Assembly: GCA_947169285.1 (NCBI GenBank)
Contig: CAMVPB010000003.1
Coordinates: 7,867 to 71,866, forward strand
Direction: 5' to 3'
Length of the DNA stretch: 64,000 bases
Origin: an uncultured bacterium
GTDB taxonomy: Bacteria > Bacillota_I > Bacilli_A > RF39 > UBA660
Below, piece after piece: positions 40,977 through 51,171 of this stretch. The position numbers were made by a program, and so were the translations under genes. The notes beneath the pieces are model-generated. The model did no database searches, was not told the origin of the DNA, and was given only the letters and a program-made list of their open reading frames with translations. Positions within the stretch are counted from its first letter, which is position 1, and every line of letters starts with the position of its first letter.

Positions 40977-42407
40977 ATGGATATAAATGAAAATATAAAA
41001 AAACTATATAAATTAAAGAGTAATATGCCTGATTTAGTTATTAGGGAAATTACTGTGCCAAGAAGACAAAAAGTATATGTTTTAGTTATTCAAACATTAA
41101 CTAGTGAAGATAAAGTAAATGATTTTATATTAAAGTATTTTTCTAATAAAGATTTGTTTAAGAATAAAACTAATATTAAAAAATCAATAAGTGAATTTAT
41201 ACCAGCGATTAACTTTCATGAAATAAATAATTATGATGAAATATTAAATTATTTATTTAATGGTTTTACAGTAGTACTATCTAATAAATTTAATGCTTCT
41301 TTTGAAACAAAAGCTTTAATAGATAGAGCTGTATCCGAGTCTTCTTCAGAGCCGTCTGTTAGAGGACCTAAAGATTCATTTAACGAAAATTATCAAACTA
41401 ACATCGGACTTATTAGAAGAAGAATTAAAGATAAAAATTTATATTTAAAAGAAATTGTTCTTGGTAAAAAAAGCAAAACTAGAATTGGAATTATGTATAT
41501 GAATGGTATTGCATCAGATGATTTAATTCATCAAGTGCAAGAAAAATTAAATAACATTGATATAGAATATATATTGGATTCTTATACTATAAAAGAACTC
41601 ATTAAAAAAGAAAATAAAACTTTATTTCCTACAATCGCCTCTAAAGAAAAACCAGATGAAATAAGCGTTGCCCTTTTAAATGGTAAAATTGCAATTATCG
41701 TTGAAAATAGTCCTAATGTACTTTTAATACCTACTCTATTTATTGATTCATTTAAAAATAGTGAAGATTATTATGAAAAATCTTTCTATGCATCTTTTAT
41801 TAGAATAATAAGATTGTTTGCTTTTTTCTTAGCAATTTTTCTTCCTGGATTCTATCTAGCATTAATAACAATTGATCAACAAGTCCTCTCTTCTGATTTA
41901 TTTATAAATTTTGCTTCTCAAAGTGTTGTGGTACCATTTCCATCTGTAATTGAAGCAATACTTTTAACTATTACATTTGAAATACTTTATGAAGGAGATT
42001 CTAGAACTCCCACTTCAAGAGGAGCATCTGTTTCAATACTTGGAGCTCTTATACTAGGTGATGCTGCAGTTAATGCAGGACTTGTATCCCCTATTATGGT
42101 TATAATTATTTCGATATCTTCAATATGTTCGCTTTTATTTATATTTGTAGATTTTCAAGGATCAATTAGGTTTTGGAGATACTTATGTATGATTTTATCA
42201 TCTTTATTTGGACTTATAGGTTTTATAGTAACATTCACTCTACTTTTAATAAACTTGTGTTCTATTAAATCATTTGGAATTCCATATTTAATTCCATATG
42301 TTCCTTTTTATAAAAAAGAAGCTTTAAAAGATGGTGTAATTAGAAGTGAATCAAGTTCATCTAAAATTGATAAAGATTATTTAAGGAGTAATGATGAAAA
42401 AAATTAA
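40977..42407 (+). CDS. Spore germination protein, GerA/GerKA family (A subunit)
   Basis: GerA-family A-subunit architecture with conserved C-terminal TM helices; operon with the C and B subunits. Confidence 0.8.
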   Translation: MDINENIKKLYKLKSNMPDLVIREITVPRRQKVYVLVIQTLTSEDKVNDFILKYFSNKDLFKNKTNIKKSISEFIPAINFHEINNYDEILNYLFNGFTVVLSNKFNASFETKALIDRAVSESSSEPSVRGPKDSFNENYQTNIGLIRRRIKDKNLYLKEIVLGKKSKTRIGIMYMNGIASDDLIHQVQEKLNNIDIEYILDSYTIKELIKKENKTLFPTIASKEKPDEISVALLNGKIAIIVENSPNVLLIPTLFIDSFKNSEDYYEKSFYASFIRIIRLFAFFLAIFLPGFYLALITIDQQVLSSDLFINFASQSVVVPFPSVIEAILLTITFEILYEGDSRTPTSRGASVSILGALILGDAAVNAGLVSPIMVIIISISSICSLLFIFVDFQGSIRFWRYLCMILSSLFGLIGFIVTFTLLLINLCSIKSFGIPYLIPYVPFYKKEALKDGVIRSESSSSKIDKDYLRSNDEKN

Positions 42408-43587
42408 ATATTTGATTTTAATAATTACGTTTATTTTTGTATTAACTGGATGTGAAACTCATAAAGAAATAAGTGACCTTGGTATGGTTAGTGCGATGGG
42501 AATAGAAAAAATAAATGATGAATACTTAATATCAGTACAAGTCGCTAATATAAAGAAAAGTACTAAAATGGGAACAGATAACTCTTCAAAAGTAACCCTT
42601 TATACAGGAAGTGGTAAAACTCCATTTGAAGCAATAAGAGAAGTATCTACTAAAAGTTCTAAAAAATTATACTTTTCACATATAAAAATTATTATATTAA
42701 GTGATGAAATAATAAATGATAATACAGAAGAAATTATTGATTTTTTTACAAGAGATAATGAAGGAAATATGAATGCGTATGTACTTGTTTCAACTAAAAA
42801 TACTCCAAGTGAAATATTATCCACTATAACTGCTTTCGAAGATGTTCCAGCGGAATATATATATAATTCAATTATACTTAGTGAAGCAAGCTACGGTAAT
42901 ACTAGAATACTTTCATTTGAAGACTTTGTTAATTTTTTAATAAAACCAGGAATAGATCCATCATTTACTAAAATAAGTTTATCAAGTGATAGCAAAGATA
43001 AAAATAACACCGAAACTTTAAATGCAATCAATTTATCTTCTTATATAAATTTAGGTAATATATTAGTATTTAATAAAGATAATAAATTAGTTGAACTTTC
43101 AGAAGAAGAATCAGTTGCTTTCAACTTAATAAACGGTAAATCTTCTAACTCTATTATAACTTTAAAATGTGATAATAATGATTCATATTATACTTTAGAA
43201 CTAATGAATAATTCTTATAATATAAAATTTAATTCAAAAAAAGATGAGATAAATATTGATTTAAAACTTACTTATAGTATATCTGACTTTAACTGTGAAA
43301 CAAGTTTACTAAATAATGATAGTATTAAAAAAATAGAAAAAGAAATCGAAAATAAAATAAAAAATAATATAAATAGTTTATTAAACAAAGTAATAGAATA
43401 TCAAAGTGACTTTATAGGTTTTGGAACACTTGTTAAATCAAGAGATAAAAACTATTTTGATTTTGAAAATAATGATTGGAATAAAGATGGACTATCCAAT
43501 ATAAAGTTCAAAACAAATGTAAAAGTATCTCTAGAAAATAGAGGTGACTTAATAAATATAGTAAAAAAAGAAGGTAAATATGAATAA
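42391..43587 (+). CDS. Spore germination lipoprotein, Ger(x)C family
   Basis: Lipobox LTGC; GerAC-like; overlaps the neighbouring genes. Confidence 0.75.
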   Translation: MMKKIKYLILIITFIFVLTGCETHKEISDLGMVSAMGIEKINDEYLISVQVANIKKSTKMGTDNSSKVTLYTGSGKTPFEAIREVSTKSSKKLYFSHIKIIILSDEIINDNTEEIIDFFTRDNEGNMNAYVLVSTKNTPSEILSTITAFEDVPAEYIYNSIILSEASYGNTRILSFEDFVNFLIKPGIDPSFTKISLSSDSKDKNNTETLNAINLSSYINLGNILVFNKDNKLVELSEEESVAFNLINGKSSNSIITLKCDNNDSYYTLELMNNSYNIKFNSKKDEINIDLKLTYSISDFNCETSLLNNDSIKKIEKEIENKIKNNINSLLNKVIEYQSDFIGFGTLVKSRDKNYFDFENNDWNKDGLSNIKFKTNVKVSLENRGDLINIVKKEGKYE

Positions 43588-44677
43588 AGATAAAATAAAT
43601 AGTTTTGAGTTTTCGAGTGTTATTCCTTTAATAGTAAGTAATAGCATTTTAGGAAGCGGTTTTTTATATTTATATAATTATTCAAATAAGTCTTCAGTTA
43701 TAAGCATGTTTATAGGCCTTATAATAAGTATATTTTTTATATTATTAGTATTTAAAATATTTAATATTTTACCTAATGAAACAATAACCCAAAAATTAAA
43801 AACAATATTCCCAAAGTTTATTTATTATATAATTAATATAATATTTATATTAATTTCTCTATCTATATCAGCATTAATATTTTTTAGATTAACAGTATTC
43901 TTTCATTCACAATTTACTGGTTCATTTTCAAAATATATAATCGCTTTAGTATTATTACTACCCACTTATTACCTATCAACCAAAAATATAGAAGTTATAA
44001 CAAGATTATCAAATATCATTATATTCATATGTATATTCATATTCTTATTTGATGCTTTATCATTAATACCTCAAGTTGATTTAAATAATATATACCCATT
44101 AATAGATACATCTTATAAAAATATATTAACATCTTCATTAGTGTTCTCTATTCTATTTAGTGGTCCATCTTTTTTAATATTAGTTATTCCCAAAAATAAT
44201 ATTAAAAAGAAAAATAAATTAAAAAAATATATAACTATTTCATACATATTATCAGGATTATTCTTATTAATAATAAATATCATTACATTAGGTGTCCTAG
44301 GTATTGATTTAATAAAAATATATACATATCCTGCTTATATAGTTTTAAAAAAAATACATGTAATTAAATTTATAAATAGTATTGAAAATTTAACAGTATT
44401 AATGTGGTTCTTTATACTTATGTTTACTTCAAGTATTTCACTATTCTTCTCAAAGTCTTGCCTAATAGAAATGTTTAATATAAAAAACAAAGGCACAAAA
44501 ATCATTATAAATATAATAATGAACTTGTTAATTGCATTTTTACCTTTAATATTCTTTAACAATAAATCATTCTTTGATAAACCAGCTTCAGCAATTATAC
44601 CAGTAATACTATATAGCATCATATTTATCATATTAGTATTTACCATATTAATAAACAAAATCAAAACTAAAAACTAG
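43580..44677 (+). CDS. Spore germination protein, Ger(x)B family (APC-type permease)
   Basis: About 10 TM segments; 365 aa; operon position. Confidence 0.75.
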   Translation: MNKDKINSFEFSSVIPLIVSNSILGSGFLYLYNYSNKSSVISMFIGLIISIFFILLVFKIFNILPNETITQKLKTIFPKFIYYIINIIFILISLSISALIFFRLTVFFHSQFTGSFSKYIIALVLLLPTYYLSTKNIEVITRLSNIIIFICIFIFLFDALSLIPQVDLNNIYPLIDTSYKNILTSSLVFSILFSGPSFLILVIPKNNIKKKNKLKKYITISYILSGLFLLIINIITLGVLGIDLIKIYTYPAYIVLKKIHVIKFINSIENLTVLMWFFILMFTSSISLFFSKSCLIEMFNIKNKGTKIIINIIMNLLIAFLPLIFFNNKSFFDKPASAIIPVILYSIIFIILVFTILINKIKTKN

Positions 44678-44696
44678 TTTTGATTTTATATTTAAA

Positions 44697-46157
44697 TCAT
44701 CCTTGAAGATCACCGGGTTGTATACCAATTTCAGCTCCTGGCCGAATATTAATATTACCAGGTTGAACATTAATTAATTCTCCAGTAACAATATCAGAAG
44801 TATTTACTACTATAACCGGGCGAACCCCGAAGTCGCCACCATACGCGAAGATGTCGAAGATAACACTGCCATCAGAAAACACACTCCACACGCCGCCATT
44901 GCTGTTAGCAGAACCCAACCAATAAGATGTTCCATTAAATACTATTCCATTATTTGAACTTGCTAATGATTGCTCTTCTTCATATGTTAGTAATCTTCCT
45001 GTTCCATTTATTCCTAATCTATTTACATATTCTTCCACATAATACGCTATTGTGTATCCATTATTTTGGGCTAATCCATAACCATTATCATAATTTGATG
45101 ATGGTGCTATATTAGACATACTACTTCTATATACTATTGGATAAGGGGTCCCACTATAACTTGCTCCTCCTGTTGCATATTCGCTCTTTAAGTCTGACGT
45201 TCCTGTACATCCCCAAGATGTACCAGTATACTGACATACACTATCATCCCAATAGTTTGTTCCACTAAATGGCACTACTCCTATATATTGGACATTTGAC
45301 CCACTTATATATCCCTTTGCTGTAATATTTTGTAATCCATAACCTGTATCTGATGATGTTAATGTTTTGTTTAATGAATATGCTGAGCCATTATAATCTA
45401 GTATATCACCTACATATAAGTTATATTTAGCTAGTAATACTGTTTCTGTTGCATTTGTACTTACTACATAGAAGTCTTCTCCTGATATTGTTACTTCTTG
45501 TCCTTGAACAACTCTTGTTGCAGACATCGTTATTACATCCCCTCTATCTAATGTTCCTATTGTTCCTTGATCTGTTTTCAAAGATATTGTTGCTGGTTCA
45601 ACTCCTTCTCCTATATTTATTGTTCCATAGAATTCTTTATTTTGATTATAATTTTGATTTGATCCTGTATCTATAAATGTCACTGTTACTGTATATGTAT
45701 GTGTCTCTCCTGGTTCTATCTCTATATTATTTTTTATTGCTATATTATGTGCTAAAGTTGTTTCTGTTGGTATTACTGTTTCACTTATATTACTACAGCT
45801 TCCTGATGAAGATGAGCAAGTTGCTGATATTACTAATTCATTATTTATTATTTCATTATATAAGTCTCTCCATATGATGTTATAGTATGCTGTTGTATTT
45901 CCATTATTATATACTGTTATTGTCTTTGGTGTACTACTCCATGGTGGTGTTACATTCTCTCCACTTCTTATTTCTATATCTGTATATACTAAACTCATAT
46001 TTGCTGTTGTTAATCTCATTGAACTTGCTGTATCATTACCAGTTATTTGTATTGTGAAATATGCATATGATATTCCTGCGATTGCTACTAAAAATACTAA
46101 CGCAGTTAATACTATTATCTTTATTTTATTACTCTTTGTTAATTCATTTTGTTCCAT
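44697..46157 (-). CDS. TasA/camelysin-like secreted protein with a SipW-cognate class signal peptide
   Basis: N-terminus KIKIIVLTALVFLVAIAGISYAYFTIQITGNDTAS matches the SipW-dependent signal signature (G-[ST]-YAYF-[ST]-D). Confidence 0.55.
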   Translation of the reverse strand: MEQNELTKSNKIKIIVLTALVFLVAIAGISYAYFTIQITGNDTASSMRLTTANMSLVYTDIEIRSGENVTPPWSSTPKTITVYNNGNTTAYYNIIWRDLYNEIINNELVISATCSSSSGSCSNISETVIPTETTLAHNIAIKNNIEIEPGETHTYTVTVTFIDTGSNQNYNQNKEFYGTINIGEGVEPATISLKTDQGTIGTLDRGDVITMSATRVVQGQEVTISGEDFYVVSTNATETVLLAKYNLYVGDILDYNGSAYSLNKTLTSSDTGYGLQNITAKGYISGSNVQYIGVVPFSGTNYWDDSVCQYTGTSWGCTGTSDLKSEYATGGASYSGTPYPIVYRSSMSNIAPSSNYDNGYGLAQNNGYTIAYYVEEYVNRLGINGTGRLLTYEEEQSLASSNNGIVFNGTSYWLGSANSNGGVWSVFSDGSVIFDIFAYGGDFGVRPVIVVNTSDIVTGELINVQPGNINIRPGAEIGIQPGDLQG

Positions 46158-46211
46158 GATAAAAACTCCTTATCTTACAAATAAATGATACTATAAATTT
46201 GGGGTTTTGTA

Positions 46212-46236
46212 AATGATTTTTTAATATAAAAATTCT
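46212..46236 (-). terminator. Rho-independent terminator downstream of the pseudouridine synthase gene
   Basis: On the minus strand ttctaacaaaagttagaa is followed by a T5 run. Confidence 0.45.
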
Positions 46237-46954
46237 AACTTTTGTTAGAATTTAATGAGAATAATTTCTTAACTTCTTTTATATTTAATTTTCTATATTC
46301 ACCCATTTTAAGATTATCTAGTGTTAAGAATGCATATTTAATTCTTTTTAATTTTAATACTTTATAATTGAAATAAGCAAATAAGTTTTTAACTTCATGA
46401 TTTTTACCTTCTTCTAAAATAATAGTTAAATAACTTTTTTTATTTTTTTTATCTATCTTTTTTAATTTTATTTTACATTTTTTGGTTTTAATACCATTAA
46501 TTAAAACACCATTTTCTAATATTTTAATCTCATTACCTTTTATTATCCCATCTATTTTTACTTCATATACTCTTTCAATTTCATATTTAGGATGAGTAAG
46601 TATATTAGAAAGTTCACCATCATTTGTTATTAAGAGTAATCCGGAAGTATCATAATCAAGTCTACCTACTGGGAATAATTTAGACTTAGATTCAATTAAA
46701 TCAATAACAGTAGTTCTTCCTTTTTCATCTTTAACACTACTAACTGTTTTATTTGGCTTATAAAGTAAATAATATTCTTTATCTTCTTTTTTAATTTCTT
46801 TACCAGAAACAATTACCTCATCCTTAGAAGTTACTTGATATCCAAGCTCAGTTACTTTTTTACCATTAACATAAACTTCACCTTTTAAAATTAACTCTTC
46901 ACTTTTTCTTCTTGAAGCAACTCCACATTCACTCATATATTTTTGTAATCTCAT
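46235..46954 (-). CDS. Pseudouridine synthase, RsuA/RluB family (S4 domain)
   Basis: MRLQKYMSECGVASRRKSEELI S4 domain; VGRLDYDTSGLLLITNDG catalytic Asp motif. Confidence 0.85.
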   Translation of the reverse strand: MRLQKYMSECGVASRRKSEELILKGEVYVNGKKVTELGYQVTSKDEVIVSGKEIKKEDKEYYLLYKPNKTVSSVKDEKGRTTVIDLIESKSKLFPVGRLDYDTSGLLLITNDGELSNILTHPKYEIERVYEVKIDGIIKGNEIKILENGVLINGIKTKKCKIKLKKIDKKNKKSYLTIILEEGKNHEVKNLFAYFNYKVLKLKRIKYAFLTLDNLKMGEYRKLNIKEVKKLFSLNSNKS

Positions 46955-46977
46955 AATCATCACAAGGAAATTATATG

Positions 46978-48033
46978 TTATTTTTTCCAAAAAAACAATA
47001 TTGATTTTATTTTCTTAATTTTACTTTCTTTTTCAATCGCGTATATCGGCTCATTATGAATTATCTTATTTTTTAATTTAATTGATATATACCCTACTTC
47101 TGTTTCACTTTTAATTTTTTTATTCTTTATCAAATTTATTTCTAATACTAAATCTTTTATTTCATTTTCTTTCATTAACATATTAAAATCATTTTTAATG
47201 TATAAATGATATTTATTATAATTTTTTTCATTTACAAAAAATGTATATTTATCTAATATTTGATATTTATTATATTCATTAAAATATTTTTCATATAAAT
47301 ATTCATGTGTATTAAATCTATCAGTATCTTTTAAAGATACAACTATTAAGTTTTTATCATCTTTAGTAGCACTTGAAACAAATATATGACCACTTTTTTT
47401 AGTGTATCCTATCTTACCACCTGTCGCATATTTATAACTAGTTAAAAGTTGATTTTTATTATACCAAATATGAGTATTTAAATTAGTTGTCAATTTATAT
47501 TTTTTTGTATTAGTTATTTTTATAAACTCAGGATTTTTCATTGCATATTTTATAAGTAATGCAAGGTCATATGCGGTTGAATAATTCTTAGTATCATCAT
47601 CTAACCCATGTGGATTTTCAAATGTCGTATTATACATTTTTAATTCTTTAGCTTTATTATTCATTGCTTCTATAAATTTATCATAACCCAATGTATTTGT
47701 AGCAATTATCATTGCTGCATCATTACCACTTCTTAACATTAATCCATATAATAAACTTTCTAAAGTTAGTTTTTCACCTTTTTTAACATATATCATAGAT
47801 CCATAAACTTTGTCTATTTCATCCCCAACCTCTATTTCTAAAGATGTATCCATATTTTCAATTGCGATTATTGCAGTCATTATTTTAGTAGTTGATGCAA
47901 TTAACATTTTATTATCTTTATTTAAACTAGCAATTACTCTTCCAGAATCAGCATCCATCACTACATATGAAGCAGCACTTGCATATATATTTAAAGGAAT
48001 TAATAAAAATAAAAATAGTATTATCTTTTTCAT
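46978..48033 (-). CDS. D-alanyl-D-alanine carboxypeptidase (serine-type, PBP5/DacF-like)
   Basis: Signal peptide; SxxK in ASTTKIMTA; SGN in LRSGNDAA; KTG-like KIGYTKKSG. Confidence 0.8.
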   Translation of the reverse strand: MKKIILFLFLLIPLNIYASAASYVVMDADSGRVIASLNKDNKMLIASTTKIMTAIIAIENMDTSLEIEVGDEIDKVYGSMIYVKKGEKLTLESLLYGLMLRSGNDAAMIIATNTLGYDKFIEAMNNKAKELKMYNTTFENPHGLDDDTKNYSTAYDLALLIKYAMKNPEFIKITNTKKYKLTTNLNTHIWYNKNQLLTSYKYATGGKIGYTKKSGHIFVSSATKDDKNLIVVSLKDTDRFNTHEYLYEKYFNEYNKYQILDKYTFFVNEKNYNKYHLYIKNDFNMLMKENEIKDLVLEINLIKNKKIKSETEVGYISIKLKNKIIHNEPIYAIEKESKIKKIKSILFFWKK

Positions 48034-48069
48034 CTTTATAATATATGAAAAAAAGACTAAAAATAGTCT

Positions 48070-48609
48070 TTATTCTAATTCATAATTATAAATACCATGA
48101 ATTTTTTCTTTTACTACATTATCCGGTTCATTTAAAACCCATTCTTCATCAACTTTTGATAAGTTAAAACTAATAGTATAGTCAACTGTATAATTTGTCT
48201 TTAACATTTGGTTTAATTCATATTCTCTATATTTATTTTGATCATATACACCATTAACTTCAAACTCGGTTGAGTTATCGGTTAAATAATCATTTGATTC
48301 TTTCATAGCTTTATACAAATCATATACAGTTATTTTAGCTGTTACAACCGCTTCATCACCATTAACATTTTCATTTGTTATTTCATATTTTAAATTCTTA
48401 TAATTTCTTTGCATAACATCCATATATGTTATTTTATTTGTTGAAGATAAATTTTCCATCTCTGCACTTAACTCTAGATCTGAAACAACATCTTCTGATA
48501 ATGTTTGATAACTCATTAAAAATTCTTCTACTTTTTTAGTTGGAGTATTCATCATATTACATCCAACCATAAGAAAAACTATTAATAAAAATGACAATAC
48601 TTTTTTCAT
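48070..48609 (-). CDS. Lipoprotein, hypothetical
   Basis: Lipobox LMVGCN after the signal peptide; 179 aa. Confidence 0.5.
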   Translation of the reverse strand: MKKVLSFLLIVFLMVGCNMMNTPTKKVEEFLMSYQTLSEDVVSDLELSAEMENLSSTNKITYMDVMQRNYKNLKYEITNENVNGDEAVVTAKITVYDLYKAMKESNDYLTDNSTEFEVNGVYDQNKYREYELNQMLKTNYTVDYTISFNLSKVDEEWVLNEPDNVVKEKIHGIYNYELE

Positions 48610-48647
48610 TATTCCTCCCATTAATAGTTTTTACTTAGTATAAATTT

Positions 48648-49292
48648 TTATACATTATTTTTAACACTAATTAAGTTTAACAGTTCTAAAAAACTCGAAC
48701 GAGTTTCATCATAATTTTTATTTATATCACTTACTAATTCTTCATATGAATTATTAGATTCACTCTTTTTATTAAACCATTCATAATATAAATAGTCTAT
48801 TTTTTCTTTATCATCTTTTATAGCTTTTAATTCATTAATAATCAATTTAATAGTTTCTTTATTTTCTCTTGATATAAAAGATATATTACATTCTTTATTT
48901 GATATTTCTTTATAGTCTATTTTAATTAGTTTTAAAGAAGTAGATGCTTCCAATAATTCTAATTCATCTTGAATAGTAAATCTTGTTTTTTCTAGTATTT
49001 CTCCATTAGACGAAAAAGTTAATCCAATCACATCTTTACCGTTAGTAAATATACCCATATAAGTAATATTTTCTATTTTTTTATTCTTTAAAATGCATGT
49101 CTTGTCTTTTATTGTTTCTAATGTTTTATTTCCTATAACAATATTATTGGTTAAAAGTTTTTTATATATATAATTACTTACTTTTAATAAAACTCCTTTT
49201 TTTAAATATTCAATATCATCTTTTTCTTCCCATTCATAAAATTTATAATCATAGTCATTTAAATTTATAAGTAAATCATAAACATAAGTCAT
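48648..49292 (-). CDS. Hypothetical protein
   Basis: ORF of 214 aa. Confidence 0.4.
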   Translation of the reverse strand: MTYVYDLLINLNDYDYKFYEWEEKDDIEYLKKGVLLKVSNYIYKKLLTNNIVIGNKTLETIKDKTCILKNKKIENITYMGIFTNGKDVIGLTFSSNGEILEKTRFTIQDELELLEASTSLKLIKIDYKEISNKECNISFISRENKETIKLIINELKAIKDDKEKIDYLYYEWFNKKSESNNSYEELVSDINKNYDETRSSFLELLNLISVKNNV

Positions 49293-49494
49293 TGTTTTTA
49301 TCCTTTCTTAAACCAATTATCATTAATATTATGCCTATAAAAAATAAATATAATTCCCATTTTCTAATAATAAAGTTTAAAAAGTCTAAAAAAGTATACC
49401 CTAAATTTATAATATTTAAATACAAAATAATGAATGTTAACGATATTGAACTTAATATAAAGCCAATTATAAATGTTATTATTTTTATTAACAT
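49276..49494 (-). CDS. Small membrane protein, hypothetical
   Basis: Two TM helices; 72 aa; overlaps the upstream gene by 17 nt. Confidence 0.35.
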   Translation of the reverse strand: MLIKIITFIIGFILSSISLTFIILYLNIINLGYTFLDFLNFIIRKWELYLFFIGIILMIIGLRKDKNNDLCL

Positions 49495-49559
49495 AAAACA
49501 CCTCTATAAAATTTTATTATATTTTTTTATGTTTATTATATAATTTTATAGGTGACATT

Positions 49560-50366
49560 ATGATTCTTTTAAAATATATAATATTAGGTATTATTCAAGG
49601 TTTTACAGAACCATTACCAATTTCATCTTCTGGACATATTTTTATATTTAAAAAAATATTTCAAGCAAATATAGCATTAAATGACTTAAATTTTGAAATA
49701 ATTGTTAACTTTGGAAGTTTAATTGCAATTACAATAATTTATTTTAAAGATATTAAAAAACTAATAATTAATTTTTTTAAATATTTTAAAATAAAGAATG
49801 AAGAGACTAAAAAAGATTTTAAATACGCAGTATTAATTATTTTAGGATGCATACCAGTAGGTATAGCTGGATTTTTATTAAAAGATTATATTGAAAATTT
49901 ACTTCAATCTTCTTTTATTGTGGGCATTTCTTTCTTAATAACATCTTTATTTTTATTTTTAGTTAGAAATATTAATGGTTGTAAAGAAGAAAAAGATTTA
50001 ACTTGGAAAGATGCTTTATTTATAGGATTAATTCAAATAATAGCATTAATTCCTGGGATAAGCAGAAGTGGTTCAACTTTAATAGCAGCACTATTTAGAA
50101 ATATCAAAAGAAATGATGCTTTAAAATATTCATTTATGTTATATGTACCAATTAGTTTAGGTACGATGGTATTAAGTGTTAAAGATTTAATTAATTCAAA
50201 CAATTTAAATACTTTACTATTACCTTATTCATTAGGTTTTATATCTTCACTAATTGTTTCATATTTTACTCTTAGATGGTTTATTAATGCAGTTAAAAAA
50301 GGCAATTTACTATATTTTAGTATCTATTGCCTTATACTTGGTTTATTTATTTTAATATTATTTTAA
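49560..50366 (+). CDS. uppP: Undecaprenyl-diphosphatase (BacA/UppP)
   Basis: GFTEPLPISSSGHIFIF and PGISRSGST motifs. Confidence 0.9.
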   Translation: MILLKYIILGIIQGFTEPLPISSSGHIFIFKKIFQANIALNDLNFEIIVNFGSLIAITIIYFKDIKKLIINFFKYFKIKNEETKKDFKYAVLIILGCIPVGIAGFLLKDYIENLLQSSFIVGISFLITSLFLFLVRNINGCKEEKDLTWKDALFIGLIQIIALIPGISRSGSTLIAALFRNIKRNDALKYSFMLYVPISLGTMVLSVKDLINSNNLNTLLLPYSLGFISSLIVSYFTLRWFINAVKKGNLLYFSIYCLILGLFILILF

Positions 50367-50376
50367 AAAAAGAAAT

Positions 50377-51171
50377 CTATTCAGATTTCTTTTTAGTTGC
50401 TATTGCTTTAGTAGTATTAGCTAATTTACTTAAATCTGCTCCTTGAAAAGCACTTAACACTTCAATTGGAATACAGAATATTAATGTGTTTGATTGATCA
50501 GAACTTACATCATTAATTGTTGATAATGTTCTTAAATGTAATGCTCCAGGAACAGTAGACATAGTTTCAGCTGCTTTTGCTAAGTTCTTAGAAGCTTCAA
50601 CTTCACCTTGAGCTTTAGTAATAACAGCCATTTTTTCACGTTCTGCTTCAGCTACTTTAGCAATTACTCTTTTCATTTCTTCTGGAAGAGATATATCTTT
50701 AAGTTCAACATTCTCTACTTTTATTCCCCAAGGATCAGTAGCTTTATCAACTATTTTACAAATTTCTTCACTTATCTTTTCTCTTTCAGATAACAATTCA
50801 TCTAAAGATACAGAACCAACTGCATTTCTCATTGTAGTTTGAGCAAGTTGAGAAACCGCAAAATTAAAGTTTTCTACTGCGATTAATGCTTTAGAAGCAT
50901 CAAATATTTTATAATAAAGAACTGCATTAATTCTAACAGATACATTATCTTTTGTAATAGCTTCTTGTTCTGGAACGTCTACTGTTCTAGTACGAATATC
51001 AACCTTTTTATATGATTGGAAAATTGGAAATACTAAATTCCATCCTGGTTTCATAATTCCACTAAATTTACCTAATGTAAATTTAACGCCCCTTTCATAT
51101 TCATTTATTTGTTTAACGCTTCCAAGAATGATAATTAAAGCTACTACTAAAATTGGCATTATTAATTCCAT
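50377..51171 (-). CDS. SPFH/band-7 (stomatin/prohibitin-like) membrane protein
   Basis: N-terminal TM then an SPFH domain (NAVLYYKI ... RNAVGSVSLDELLSERE). Confidence 0.8.
   Translation of the reverse strand: MELIMPILVVALIIILGSVKQINEYERGVKFTLGKFSGIMKPGWNLVFPIFQSYKKVDIRTRTVDVPEQEAITKDNVSVRINAVLYYKIFDASKALIAVENFNFAVSQLAQTTMRNAVGSVSLDELLSEREKISEEICKIVDKATDPWGIKVENVELKDISLPEEMKRVIAKVAEAEREKMAVITKAQGEVEASKNLAKAAETMSTVPGALHLRTLSTINDVSSDQSNTLIFCIPIEVLSAFQGADLSKLANTTKAIATKKKSE

Noticed and set aside
45449-45877. Leu-rich plus-strand ORFs (75 aa and 66 aa) antisense to the TasA-like gene.
   Set aside because: Low-complexity antisense translations; no SD.
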